Assembly: GCF_947632445.1 (NCBI RefSeq)
Contig: NZ_CANRPM010000011.1
Location: 1,593-65,592, forward strand
Direction: 5' to 3'
DNA: 64,000 nucleotides
Source of the DNA: an uncultured Bacteroides sp.
Lineage (GTDB): Bacteria > Bacteroidota > Bacteroidia > Bacteroidales > Bacteroidaceae
Shown: positions 39,073 through 48,553 of the stretch, piece by piece
Numbering within the stretch: position 1 is the first letter of the stretch
Layout of the letters: every line of letters begins with the position of its first letter
Translations under genes and position numbers: made by a program
The notes under the pieces: generated by a model
Seen by the model: only the letters and a program-made list of their open reading frames with translations
Databases searched by the model: none
What the model was told of the DNA's origin: nothing

Positions 39073-39158
39073 ATTGTTTCACTTTTAAATAGGTATTCGG
39101 CACCATTACATCCGCCTATTATATACAGAGTCTTTTCCGTCATAATCAGTTTTAATGT

Positions 39159-39437
39159 TTACCACAGCCTCCCTTCCAGCCACCACGCCAGCAATGCAGC
39201 CAGCAGGAAAAAGCCGGCAACAAGCCAGCTCCACGTCCGGCGCGAGAAGCGGTTCTTCACCCGCTGCTCCTCGTTGCTGAAATACTGACTACCTATGTAG
39301 GATCCGATGAGAGCCGGCAACAGGTAGCAAACGTACTTCAGGAATGGAATATCCCACTGGTAAGCCGCAAAGAGGATAACTCCACAGACGGCCAGCATGC
39401 CGATGCCTGTCAGGCAACCTTGATGTTCTCGTTTCAT
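39159..39437 (-). CDS. Small three-TM membrane protein
   Basis: Likely start MKREHQGCL at 39437; three hydrophobic segments. Confidence 0.6.
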   Translation of the reverse strand: MKREHQGCLTGIGMLAVCGVILFAAYQWDIPFLKYVCYLLPALIGSYIGSQYFSNEEQRVKNRFSRRTWSWLVAGFFLLAALLAWWLEGRLW

Positions 39438-39575
39438 AAACAACTTCTTGTTACTTTCTTTATTCCTTTTTCTTCCGGCGGGTGGTATTGCTCCGGTAAT
39501 ATTGTCTCCAAGCCAGTGCACACACGACAATCAGAACGATGACTACATAGCCCATAGCACACAAGTCCGTTTCGA

Positions 39576-40745
39576 TCAGTACTTGAACTCCCCGAACTCC
39601 GAGCGGATAATCAGCTCGCGCTTGTCGCTCTCTTCGATGTGGCCGATGACCTGTGCGTCGATGTTGAACGACTTGGAGATGGCGATGACCTCTTCGGCAT
39701 GTTCGGGTGAGAGGTAGACTTCCAGACGGTGTCCCATGTTGAATACTTTGTACATTTCGGCCCAGTCCGTGTCGCTTTGTTCCTTGATAGTACGGAACAA
39801 GGGAGGTACGGGGAAAAGGTTGTCCTTAATGACGCGGCAGTTATCTCCCACGAAATGCAACACTTTGGTCTGTGCGCCGCCCGAACAATGCACCATACCA
39901 TGAATTTCGGGGCGCAGGGCGTCGAGCAGCTTCTTGACAACCGGAGCGTAGGTACGGGTAGGCGAGAGGACGAGCTTGCCTGCATCCAGCGGACTGCCCT
40001 CTACGGCATCAGTCAGTTTCAGCTTGCCGCTGTACACCAGTTCGTCGGGCACGGCCTTGTCGTAGCTTTCGGGATATTTCTTGGCCAGATACTTGGCAAA
40101 TACATCGTGGCGGGCCGAAGTCAGTCCGTTGCTGCCCATGCCGCCATTGTATTCCTTCTCGTATGTGGCTTGTCCGTAACTGGCGAGGCCCACGATGACA
40201 TCTCCCGGACGGATGTTGGCGTTGTTGATGATGTCGCTTCGCTTCATGCGGCAGGTCACGGTAGAGTCGACGATGATGGTGCGCACCAGGTCGCCCACGT
40301 CAGCCGTTTCGCCGCCCGTAGCATATACACCCACACCCATTTCACGCAATTCGGCTAGCAGTTCGTCCGTACCGTTGATGATGGCGGAGATGACCTCGCC
40401 CGGCACAAGCAGCTTATTGCGTCCGATGGTAGAAGATACCAGAATGTTGTCAGTGGCTCCCACGCAGAGCAAGTCATCAATGTTCATAATGAGCGCATCC
40501 TGCGCAATGCCTTTCCACACCGAGAGGTCGCCTGTTTCTTTCCAGTACAGGTAAGCCAAGCTCGATTTGGTGCCTGCACCGTCAGCGTGCATGATGTTGC
40601 AATACTCAGGGTCGCCGCCCAGGATGTCGGGGATAACTTTGCAGAAGGCTTGCGGGAAGATACCTTTATCAATGTTCTTGATAGCGTTATGAACGTCTTC
40701 TTTCGATGCGCTTACGCCGCGCATCATGTATCGTTGATTGCTCAT
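39576..40745 (-). CDS. purM: Phosphoribosylformylglycinamidine cyclo-ligase
   Basis: RGVSASKEDVH, HADGAGTK, GGETADVGD, SNGLTSARH, HCSGG, FNMGHR; start MSNQRY at 40745. Confidence 0.95.
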   Translation of the reverse strand: MSNQRYMMRGVSASKEDVHNAIKNIDKGIFPQAFCKVIPDILGGDPEYCNIMHADGAGTKSSLAYLYWKETGDLSVWKGIAQDALIMNIDDLLCVGATDNILVSSTIGRNKLLVPGEVISAIINGTDELLAELREMGVGVYATGGETADVGDLVRTIIVDSTVTCRMKRSDIINNANIRPGDVIVGLASYGQATYEKEYNGGMGSNGLTSARHDVFAKYLAKKYPESYDKAVPDELVYSGKLKLTDAVEGSPLDAGKLVLSPTRTYAPVVKKLLDALRPEIHGMVHCSGGAQTKVLHFVGDNCRVIKDNLFPVPPLFRTIKEQSDTDWAEMYKVFNMGHRLEVYLSPEHAEEVIAISKSFNIDAQVIGHIEESDKRELIIRSEFGEFKY

Positions 40746-40862
40746 GAGTAGATAAGTTTTTGTTCTATTGAATATGCAAAAGTAGCAATTATTCAGCAGA
40801 TAGCCTACTCTAATGGAAGGCATTTTCTTGATATTCTGCCTGCTGCTCCCTGTCGCATGGGA

Positions 40863-40962
40863 GATGAAGCCGTTTTCTTGCGGTAAAAACAATCGTTTTC
40901 TTGTACAAAAACGGCCGTTCCCGCAGATGGAAACGACCGTTTTTAATGTAGGAAACGCCGGC
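40863..40962. repeat. Four to five 22-bp degenerate tandem units
   Basis: aaaaacaatcgttttcttgtac / aaaaacggccgttcccgcagat / ggaaacgaccgtttttaatgta / ggaaacgcc. Confidence 0.65.
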
Positions 40963-40980
40963 TGGCGTTATAGGATGTGC

Positions 40981-41565
40981 TTAGAACTGCACCTGCGGTG
41001 CTTGCTCGGCACCCTCGGCCGCTTCGAAGTAGGCGTGCTTATCGAAGCCGAACAGGCCGGCAAGGATGTTCTTGGGGAAACGGCGGATGGCGGTATTGTA
41101 GGCTTTGGCTGCGTCGTTGAAGTTCTTGCGGGCCACGTTGATGCGGTTTTCCGTGCCTTCGAGCTGGGCTTGTAACTCCAAGAAGTTCTGGTTAGCTTTC
41201 AGGTCAGGGTAGTTTTCAGTGATGGCCAGCAACTTGCCTAAGGCGGTGGCTAACTGTCCCTGTGCCTTTTGATATTCGGCAAGCTTTTCTTGTGTCAGAT
41301 CCGTAGGGCTTACTTTGATTTGAGTGGCCTGGCTGCGGGCGGCGATAACGCCCTCCAGCGTCTCCTTTTCGTGGGCAGCATAGCCCTTGACGGTGTTTAC
41401 CAAGTTGGGGATAAGGTCGGCTCGGCGCTGGTATTGCGTTTCCACGTTGGCCCATTGGTTGCTGACGTTCTCGTCCATGCTGACGAGATTGTTGTAGCCG
41501 CTGGTGGCCCAGATAGCGATGACGGCCACTACGGCCACAATGACGATGATAGTTACTTTTTTCAT
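40981..41565 (-). CDS. lemA: LemA family protein
   Basis: N-terminal TM, QYQRRADLIPNLV, ENYPDLKANQNF, ENRINVAR. Confidence 0.93.
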   Translation of the reverse strand: MKKVTIIVIVAVVAVIAIWATSGYNNLVSMDENVSNQWANVETQYQRRADLIPNLVNTVKGYAAHEKETLEGVIAARSQATQIKVSPTDLTQEKLAEYQKAQGQLATALGKLLAITENYPDLKANQNFLELQAQLEGTENRINVARKNFNDAAKAYNTAIRRFPKNILAGLFGFDKHAYFEAAEGAEQAPQVQF

Positions 41566-41618
41566 GTTCCTTTTGTTGTTATTTGGGGTTGATAATTGTT
41601 TTATGGGTGAGGCAAGGA

Positions 41619-42521
41619 TTAAAAGCGGGAGCCTGCTCCGCCTCCTCCGCCCATGCCGCCGCCGAAGCTGCCTCCATTAAAGCCTCCTCCTCCGCCAAAG
41701 CTTCCTCCGCCGAAGATGACGGGGCCTCCTCCGCGTCCGCGATAGTTCTCGTCGTAGGACTGCTGGCGGCGTACCACCTGATGTCCACAATTTCGGCAGG
41801 TGTAGGTTACGTCTTCCGTTCTGATGCCATTACGGCGTGCCACGAGGTAGCTGGAACTGCGTTGCAGCTTGTGCTTGCCGCATTTAGGACACTTGGAGGC
41901 ATGGCGCATGGCCAGTATGCCCAATATGCCGCCCACTGCCAGTATGCCAAGGAGAGCCAAGAAGATACTGCCCACGCTGTCGTCTTCGCTGTTGGCTGGC
42001 GCGTCGTTTCCCATCGAACCGTCTAAGTTGGCGCAGGTGGCGCGGATGCCGGCCACCATGCCTTCGCTCCATCGGTTGTTCTTCAGATAGGGTATCATGT
42101 AGCGTGTCTGGATGCGCTTGCAGATAGCGTCGGGCAAGAGACCTTCCAATCCATAGCCGGTATAGAACTGGATGCACCGCTGGTCGGTGACGAGCAGGAT
42201 GACCAGGCCGTTGTCCTTCCCTTTCTGTCCCACACCCCATGAGTTGAGCAGTTGGTGGCAGAAGTCGAAGCAGTCTGCTTCGCCAATGGTGGGTACTACG
42301 GCCACTACGGTTTGAATACCTGTCTGCTGTTCCAAAGCGTAAAGCATGCGGTCGATGCTGTCGCAGGCTGCCATATCGAGTATGTTTTCGGGGTCACATA
42401 CATAGCGGGTTTTGTCTAACAGGTGTACTTTCGGCAAATTTTCAGGGGTATAAACAGCTTGTGCCCATGTAGTTAAACTCAGCAGGTGACAGAACAGAAT
42501 AGAAAGTATAATTTGTTTCAT
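41619..42521 (-). CDS. TPM-domain membrane protein with Cys cluster and Gly-rich tail
   Basis: WGVGQKGKDNGLVIL, TGYGLEGLLPDA, TM, CPKC...CRNC, GGGMGGGGGAGSRF. Confidence 0.9.
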   Translation of the reverse strand: MKQIILSILFCHLLSLTTWAQAVYTPENLPKVHLLDKTRYVCDPENILDMAACDSIDRMLYALEQQTGIQTVVAVVPTIGEADCFDFCHQLLNSWGVGQKGKDNGLVILLVTDQRCIQFYTGYGLEGLLPDAICKRIQTRYMIPYLKNNRWSEGMVAGIRATCANLDGSMGNDAPANSEDDSVGSIFLALLGILAVGGILGILAMRHASKCPKCGKHKLQRSSSYLVARRNGIRTEDVTYTCRNCGHQVVRRQQSYDENYRGRGGGPVIFGGGSFGGGGGFNGGSFGGGMGGGGGAGSRF

Positions 42522-42545
42522 GAAGATGTGTGTGTATTCGTTCTT

Positions 42546-43514
42546 TTAGTGAATATATGTTCCAACAAACTCGCTGACTTTGCGGGTATAGGCTTCTGGG
42601 TTTTCTTTGTAAGCTGCGGCATGTTCGGCTCCGGGCACAATCCAAAGTTCTTTTGGGGTTGGTTTGGCTTCGTACAATGGATATACCATCCACGTGGGTA
42701 CGAAGGTATCGGCATCTCCATGAATGAAGAGCATGGGCAGGGTGCATTTCTTTACTTGCTTCAATGGAGACGCTTCTTGAAAACTCCAACCGTATTCCAT
42801 GTGACACAGCATACTGGCTATATAGAGTAGCGGGAAAGAGGGTAGTCCATACTGATTTTTTAGTTCGCCTTTAAATTCGTCCCAGGCACTGGTATAACCG
42901 CAATCTTCTACGAAGCATTTGATAAAGGGTTGTTGGTATATTCCCTGTTGAACTTCGCCCGACACACACATTGTTGTGGCTGCTCCCATTGAAATGCCAT
43001 GTACTACCATCTCTGTGTTGCCTCCAAAAAGATGGTTGGCTTCTTCTGTCCAGCGAAGTACGTCGAATCGGTCTTTCCAACCCATTTGTACTTCAGTACC
43101 ACCACTTAGTCCGTGCCCATAGAGGTCAGGCAATAAGATGTTGTATCCCAATTGCCGATTGTATAGATAGCCTATCATCATCATTCGGATGGAATTGTCT
43201 GTATATCCGTGTACAATGACTGCCGTATGGGTAGTTGAATCGGCTGCCGGTACATAAAGGGCATGTAGAGGAATACCTTCATCATTTTCGATATAGAGTT
43301 CGTGCAGAGCTTCAGCTGTTTGTAGACTGTCTATCCAATGCCCCACTTCAGGATAAGTTTGCCGTATATATTCCAACGAACTTTCAATGTTACGACTGCG
43401 GCTGACCAGCTCTTTAGGTTTCAAGGCATGTCCTACCATGTAGTATCCGGCACATAATAGCAGAGTCGCTAAGGCTATGACAGCTATCAGGCTGTATTTG
43501 ATGGTTTTTCTCAT
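42546..43514 (-). CDS. Membrane-anchored alpha/beta hydrolase
   Basis: VIVHGY, HGISMGA, EDCGY, IHGDADTFVP, GAEH. Confidence 0.9.
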   Translation of the reverse strand: MRKTIKYSLIAVIALATLLLCAGYYMVGHALKPKELVSRSRNIESSLEYIRQTYPEVGHWIDSLQTAEALHELYIENDEGIPLHALYVPAADSTTHTAVIVHGYTDNSIRMMMIGYLYNRQLGYNILLPDLYGHGLSGGTEVQMGWKDRFDVLRWTEEANHLFGGNTEMVVHGISMGAATTMCVSGEVQQGIYQQPFIKCFVEDCGYTSAWDEFKGELKNQYGLPSFPLLYIASMLCHMEYGWSFQEASPLKQVKKCTLPMLFIHGDADTFVPTWMVYPLYEAKPTPKELWIVPGAEHAAAYKENPEAYTRKVSEFVGTYIH

Positions 43515-43525
43515 TCTTTATTCTG

Positions 43526-44272
43526 CTATTTATTCCATATTTCCCATGATGCAAAAGCTTGGAGCAGGAGCATTTCCAATCCGTTTTTTACGGTGGCTTC
43601 CTGTTCTATGCCTTTCTTCATAAAAAGCGTTTCGCTGGGATTGTACAATAGGTCGTAGAGCAGATGTCTCGATGTCAGTTGGTTATAAGGAATGTCAGGA
43701 CAAAAATCCACGTTGGGATACATGCCTAACGGAGTCGTATTCACGATGACAGTATATTCCTGCATAATTTCGGGTGTCAGTTCTCCGTAGGTTAATATAT
43801 CATTCCTTTTTTTACTGCGTGATACGAAAGTAGATTGAATACCCAGATTGGCCAATCCGTGAAACACAGCTTTGGAAGCTCCTCCTGTTCCTAAAATAAG
43901 AGCTTTTGTGTGATGGGGTAGTAATAAAGGTTTGATGGAACGTGTAAACCCGATAATATCAGAATTGTAGCCTACCAGTTTCACTTTCCCTTTAGCTTGA
44001 GGGATTATTTTAATGACGTTTACGGCGCCTATTTTGGCTGTATCCTTATCTAACTCATCCAAGTAAGGGATGACTTGTTCTTTGTAAGGGATGGTGACGT
44101 TGAGACCACGAAGATTTGGATTTTCTTCGATAACTTCCATGACGTCTTCGATACGTGGTATTTCGAAGTTCACATATTCAGCATTAATATTCTCAGACTG
44201 AAATTTTTCGTTGAAGTATCCGATGGAGAATGAATGTTTCAGCGGATAACCGATTAAACCGTATTTGTCCAT
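43526..44272 (-). CDS. aroE: Shikimate dehydrogenase
   Basis: GYPLKHSFS, NVTIPYK, IGAVN, YNSD, GTGGAS, NGLEMLLLQA. Confidence 0.93.
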   Translation of the reverse strand: MDKYGLIGYPLKHSFSIGYFNEKFQSENINAEYVNFEIPRIEDVMEVIEENPNLRGLNVTIPYKEQVIPYLDELDKDTAKIGAVNVIKIIPQAKGKVKLVGYNSDIIGFTRSIKPLLLPHHTKALILGTGGASKAVFHGLANLGIQSTFVSRSKKRNDILTYGELTPEIMQEYTVIVNTTPLGMYPNVDFCPDIPYNQLTSRHLLYDLLYNPSETLFMKKGIEQEATVKNGLEMLLLQAFASWEIWNK

Positions 44273-44287
44273 AATTGAAAGATAGAT

Positions 44288-45025
44288 CTATTTGGTTGCT
44301 ACATAAAGGGTACAGATACCGAAAGTTAATCGCTGGAAACGTACCCGGTTGAAACCAGCGTTGAGTATAGCCTGCTGCATCACCTCTCCCTGTGGAAAAG
44401 CGCGAATGCTTTCTGGCAGATAGGTGTAGGCACTGGTGTCCTTGGATAGCAGTTTGCCGATGAGCGGCATTACTGCTTTAGAGTAAAGGATGAATAGTTG
44501 CTTCATAGGGAAGTAGTCGGGTATAGATAACTCAAGGATAATCAGATGTCCGTTGGGGCGAAGTACGCGACACATTTCGCCGAGTGCAATATCCGTATGT
44601 TCGAAGTTGCGTACACCGAAAGCTACAGTCACTGCGTCGAACGTAGCATCGGCAAAAGACAGAGCGGTGCAATCTTCACGGACGAAAGATATTTTGTCCG
44701 TTAGACCTGCCTGCTGTACTTTTTCACGGCCCACTTCCATCATGCCTTCCGAAATGTCGGCACCGATAAGCGACTGCGGTTGCAGTTCGCGGCAAGCCAG
44801 AATGGCGAAGTCACCGGTACCGGTAGCTATGTCTAATATTTGTTGGGGATGATAAGGACGGAGTGTATGGATTGCTTTTCTACGCCAACTGCGGTCAATA
44901 CCCATTGAGAGGGTATGGTTCAATTGGTCATAGGTCGGGGCGATGCGGTTGAACATGCGCTCTACCTGGACAGCTTTTGTATCTTCTTTGCCGTATGGTT
45001 TGATATATTCCTGAGGATAATCCAT
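44288..45025 (-). CDS. menG: Demethylmenaquinone/ubiquinone methyltransferase (MenG/UbiE)
   Basis: [33 protein letters not shown]; start MDYPQE at 45025. Confidence 0.93.
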   Translation of the reverse strand: MDYPQEYIKPYGKEDTKAVQVERMFNRIAPTYDQLNHTLSMGIDRSWRRKAIHTLRPYHPQQILDIATGTGDFAILACRELQPQSLIGADISEGMMEVGREKVQQAGLTDKISFVREDCTALSFADATFDAVTVAFGVRNFEHTDIALGEMCRVLRPNGHLIILELSIPDYFPMKQLFILYSKAVMPLIGKLLSKDTSAYTYLPESIRAFPQGEVMQQAILNAGFNRVRFQRLTFGICTLYVATK

Positions 45026-45250
45026 AAAAATAGGTATATTCTTGCACAAAGTTAAGAAAATAAGTAGTTCAGTGTGTAACTTGTGGCAAAATTCCCAATA
45101 GATTGTTATCTTCTATTTCGATTGCTACTATTCATTTTAATGGACAGTAGTGATGAATGATAAGTGGAAAATGTTTAAAATCACTCTTGGAGAACTGTTT
45201 TTTGTGCGAAGTAGTCCAGTATGCTGGAACTATACGATATAAGAAAAACC

Positions 45251-45309
45251 AAAAAAAGCAAGGACTGTATCACGAAGAAGAATATTCTTCGATTGTGATA
45301 CAGTTCTTT
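45251..45309 (-). terminator. Intrinsic terminator after the DHODH-like gene
   Basis: GGACTGTATCAC / GTGATACAGTTC stem with U7 tail on minus strand. Confidence 0.65.
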
Positions 45310-45331
45310 GCCGTTATATTTTCGGAATCGC

Positions 45332-46312
45332 TTATTCGTGCGAAGCAAAATATTTCAGGAATTGTGTGCGTTCAAAGGTATTCACACCCTTTACGTCGCA
45401 TACGTTCATTTTACCCTTGAACTGGGCGATGCTTCCCATGCCCTTGCTTGCCATCCAGTTAGCCACAAATTTGTTGTATTCGTTGATGACGGCAGATGAT
45501 TCTTTGTAAAGAACACTGCATATTTCTACGGCGGAAGCTCCTGCCAGAATGGCTTTTACAATGCCTTCAGCCGAGTGAATGCCGCCTGAAATAGCATAAT
45601 CTATCTTGCTGACAGCCGCCGAGGCAATGCCTGTCCAGCGAAGTGAGTTGGAGAGGTCGGCCTCATTGCTGAATACGTCACCTGCAATCTGCGTCATATT
45701 GTCGATATTGATGTCCGGCTGATAGAAGCGGTTGAACAGTACGACGGCCGCAGCTCCGTTGGCATAAAGCTGGTCAATGAGAGCCACAGGGTTGGTCAGG
45801 TTGTTGCCCAGTTTCATGATGACGGGGATTTTGACCGTTTTCTTGATGTGACGAAGGATGTCGATGTGGCGTTGCTCAAAGCTGCCATAGGTGTATTGTA
45901 CATCCGTTTGCAAAGCTAAAATATTGATTTCCAGCGCATCGGCTCCGGATTCTTCAATCTGCTTGGCGAAGTCGGCCCATACGTCATCTTTATAGCAGTT
46001 GATACTGGCGATAACGGGGATGTCGCACACCTTCTTGCTTTCACGTATCAGGTTGAGATATTCGCCTAATTTGTGGTGGAGGATATAGACGGATAGTTTG
46101 TCTGCTGCTTCGGGTGACATGGAAGGATCGTCGTGCTGATAGACTTCCATCATGATCTGCTCTTCGAAGAGAGACTTCAGTACGATAGCTCCTGCTCCTG
46201 CTTCGCAGAGTCTTTGATTTTTGGCTGCACTGTCTGTCAGACCTGAACTGCTGACGATAATGGGATTTCTTAAGGAAAGCCCGGCAAAAGTTGTTTGTAA
46301 CGTTGTTGCCAT
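45332..46312 (-). CDS. Dihydroorotate dehydrogenase-like protein
   Basis: LRNPIIVSSS, GAIVLKSLFEEQ, PVIASIN, LFNRFYQPD, SGGIH; lacks the canonical catalytic NxSCPN. Confidence 0.88.
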   Translation of the reverse strand: MATTLQTTFAGLSLRNPIIVSSSGLTDSAAKNQRLCEAGAGAIVLKSLFEEQIMMEVYQHDDPSMSPEAADKLSVYILHHKLGEYLNLIRESKKVCDIPVIASINCYKDDVWADFAKQIEESGADALEINILALQTDVQYTYGSFEQRHIDILRHIKKTVKIPVIMKLGNNLTNPVALIDQLYANGAAAVVLFNRFYQPDINIDNMTQIAGDVFSNEADLSNSLRWTGIASAAVSKIDYAISGGIHSAEGIVKAILAGASAVEICSVLYKESSAVINEYNKFVANWMASKGMGSIAQFKGKMNVCDVKGVNTFERTQFLKYFASHE

Positions 46313-46330
46313 GATGTTTTATTTTTTAAA

Positions 46331-46996
46331 TTAATAAATTCGTTCTCCGAAAATGCTGCTTCCTACACGTACCAGTGTGCTCCCTTCAGTAATGGCTTCG
46401 TGGTAGTCGTGTGACATGCCCATTGAAAGTTCGCGGAAAGTTTCTTCATCGGCAAACCATGTAGACTTTACTTCACGGAAGAAGTCGCTTAAAGATCGGA
46501 ATTCCTTCTTGATTTGTTCGGTATTGTCCGTGTTGGTGGCCATGCCCATAAGTCCGCATAGGCGGATGTACTGAAACTGACGCCATTGGCCTTCGGCCAG
46601 CATCTGGCGACATTCGTCGAAGCTGAAGCCGAATTTGGTCTCTTCGCAGGCGATGTGTAATTGTAGCAGGCAATTCACCCTGCGGCCCGCTTTGGCAGCC
46701 TGCCTGTCCACTTCGGTCAGGAGTTTGAAAGAGTCGATGCTGTGGATGAGCGAAACATAAGGTACGATGTATTTCACCTTGTTGGTCTGTAGGTGACCGA
46801 TGAAGTGCCATTCGATATCTTTTGGAAGACTTTCATGCTTGGCAGTCATTTCCTGTACCTTACTTTCGCCGAAGATACGTTGTCCTGCCCGGTAAGCTTT
46901 TTCGATGGCCTCGTTCGGGTGAAACTTCGATACGGCTACCAACCGTACCCCTTCGGGCAGTTCGTTCCGTATTTCTTTGATGCGTTCTCCAATCAT
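46331..46996 (-). CDS. yggS: YggS-family PLP homeostasis protein
   Basis: LVAVSKFH, FGESKVQE, WHFIGHLQTNK, LSMGMSHDY, GSTLVRVGSSIFG. Confidence 0.95.
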   Translation of the reverse strand: MIGERIKEIRNELPEGVRLVAVSKFHPNEAIEKAYRAGQRIFGESKVQEMTAKHESLPKDIEWHFIGHLQTNKVKYIVPYVSLIHSIDSFKLLTEVDRQAAKAGRRVNCLLQLHIACEETKFGFSFDECRQMLAEGQWRQFQYIRLCGLMGMATNTDNTEQIKKEFRSLSDFFREVKSTWFADEETFRELSMGMSHDYHEAITEGSTLVRVGSSIFGERIY

Positions 46997-47011
46997 CTCT
47001 TTTTCGTATCT

Positions 47012-47476
47012 TTACACTTCCGGCTTATTGTCGGGCTCGACACTGTAAGGATATACATCCATGATAGGTGTTTCGGTTACAGAGGCTATCTGATAGTCGG
47101 CCATGGTGCCTTTCATCCCTTCATCCAGTTTCTTTACGGCATCACGCAAATCGGCAGCTTGTACCAATACTTGAGTAGATGTTTTTTTCTCCGCACCGCT
47201 CTTTTCATCGAGTGTGATAAAAAGAAGTTTGCACTTGAACCAGCGGTCGGCAGCTTCTTCGTCGCAGGGGAAAAGTTCGCTATAGTTGGCACGTTTGATG
47301 TCGGCTACCGTGAATTCCCCGCTGATGAAAGGAGTAATCTCTTCGATGATGCGTGCTTCGGCTTCGGTAAAGCTGAGTGCATCTACCAGATAAGGCTCCG
47401 TAACCTTCTTGTTCATGCCGTTTTCCATTGTTTTTTCATATCGAACTTTACATTCGAACCATGTATGCATTGCCAT
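47012..47476 (-). CDS. DUF4494-like protein
   Basis: WFECKVRYEK...KKVTEPYLVDALSFTEAEARI, duplicated fold. Confidence 0.8.
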   Translation of the reverse strand: MAMHTWFECKVRYEKTMENGMNKKVTEPYLVDALSFTEAEARIIEEITPFISGEFTVADIKRANYSELFPCDEEAADRWFKCKLLFITLDEKSGAEKKTSTQVLVQAADLRDAVKKLDEGMKGTMADYQIASVTETPIMDVYPYSVEPDNKPEV

Positions 47477-47578
47477 AATTTTCAGTCTTTTAGTTTTCTA
47501 TTGATAAGAATATGTCTATTAATTCCCCACAAAGATAAAACTTTTCAAACAAAGAATACAAGAGAAGGTTTAAGATTT

Positions 47579-47758
47579 ACGCACATTCGGATGCGAAATG
47601 CTTGCAAAACTCATCCATCATACAGAAAATGTCCATAACTTTGTCCTCGGTAATCATCGTTTCTATTCTTGTAAGCTGTTGTAAGTCACCTGTAAAGATG
47701 CAAGATATTTGCGGGTTAACAACTTTTATGAGACTTTTCTTATTCCGAATGGGTGCGT
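47579..47758 (-). mobile_element. Miniature IS982-family derivative (terminal IRs plus first ~22 transposase codons)
   Basis: ACGCACATTCGGAT (47579) and ATTCCGAATGGGTGCGT (47742-47758) form an IR; minus strand from 47657 reads MITEDKVMDIFCMMDEFCKHF, the Bacteroides IS982 transposase N-terminus. Confidence 0.7.
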
Positions 47759-47854
47759 TAATTAATCATAAATGCTACATTTGCGACATTAATAGAGCTT
47801 TGTTAAAAAGTTGTGCTGATTAAGAGTAGATACATAAATGTTAATTAAAGTAAT

Positions 47855-48418
47855 ATGAAAACAAAGAGTTTATTTGGAATAATGATATTATTCCTGCTTA
47901 CATTCACCTTTATCGGTTGTAATAAAGAGGAAGAGAAATTTTCTAAAGAAATAATACAACAAACTCTATTTGACATGAAAGGTACTTATCATGGCACTGT
48001 TCATGTTGTGAGTTCAAATGGTTACGACAAGACATTACAAAATGCATTAGCAGTTTCGCGTGACTCTCTGAAGTTTAATATGCCATTACAGCCGTTATCG
48101 GAGTTGATTTCAGACGAAACTCTTTCAGAACGTTTGCGTGATATAAGCGAAGTGACTGTTGTAGCCGGATATGACATTACACAGCTTGATTATAGTGTTG
48201 TTAATTTCGGGTTATATCCCAAAGATGTCACTATATTAGGTGGATTGGGCGCACCTCCTACAGTCAGAATCGTATTTGCTAAAAACTATGGCGGTGATGC
48301 CGAACCCAAAAGAAACTCTATAATCTTCAATATGTCCCCTACGGAATTATGGATGGGTGACAATAAATATGAAAATTTGCCTAAGATAACATATCATTTC
48401 GAAGGTGTATATGAATAG
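47855..48418 (+). CDS. Lipoprotein (DUF4840-like)
   Basis: Lipobox FTFIG-C; MKGTYHG; TACATTTG promoter element upstream. Confidence 0.75.
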   Translation: MKTKSLFGIMILFLLTFTFIGCNKEEEKFSKEIIQQTLFDMKGTYHGTVHVVSSNGYDKTLQNALAVSRDSLKFNMPLQPLSELISDETLSERLRDISEVTVVAGYDITQLDYSVVNFGLYPKDVTILGGLGAPPTVRIVFAKNYGGDAEPKRNSIIFNMSPTELWMGDNKYENLPKITYHFEGVYE

Positions 48419-48464
48419 TGCGAACAATAAGTAAATGCTTATAGTTTATATAATCCTGCTCATC

Positions 48465-48532
48465 TGTCATGCTGAACAGCGTGAAGCATCTCTGTTATGA
48501 GAAAGAGATCCTTCACTTCGTTCAGGATGACA
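48465..48532. repeat. REP palindrome (GTCATNCTGA..GAAG.ATC / GATC.TTC..TCAGGATGAC family)
   Basis: TGTCATGCTGAAC...GTGAAGCATCTC / GAGATCCTTCAC...GTTCAGGATGACA between convergent genes. Confidence 0.75.
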
Positions 48533-48553
48533 TTACATAATGATTATGCCTTT

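Noticed and set aside
40746-40892. 49-aa N-terminal extension of purM in the ORF track
   Set aside because: Translates the promoter and 22-bp array; MSNQRY at 40745 is the plausible start.
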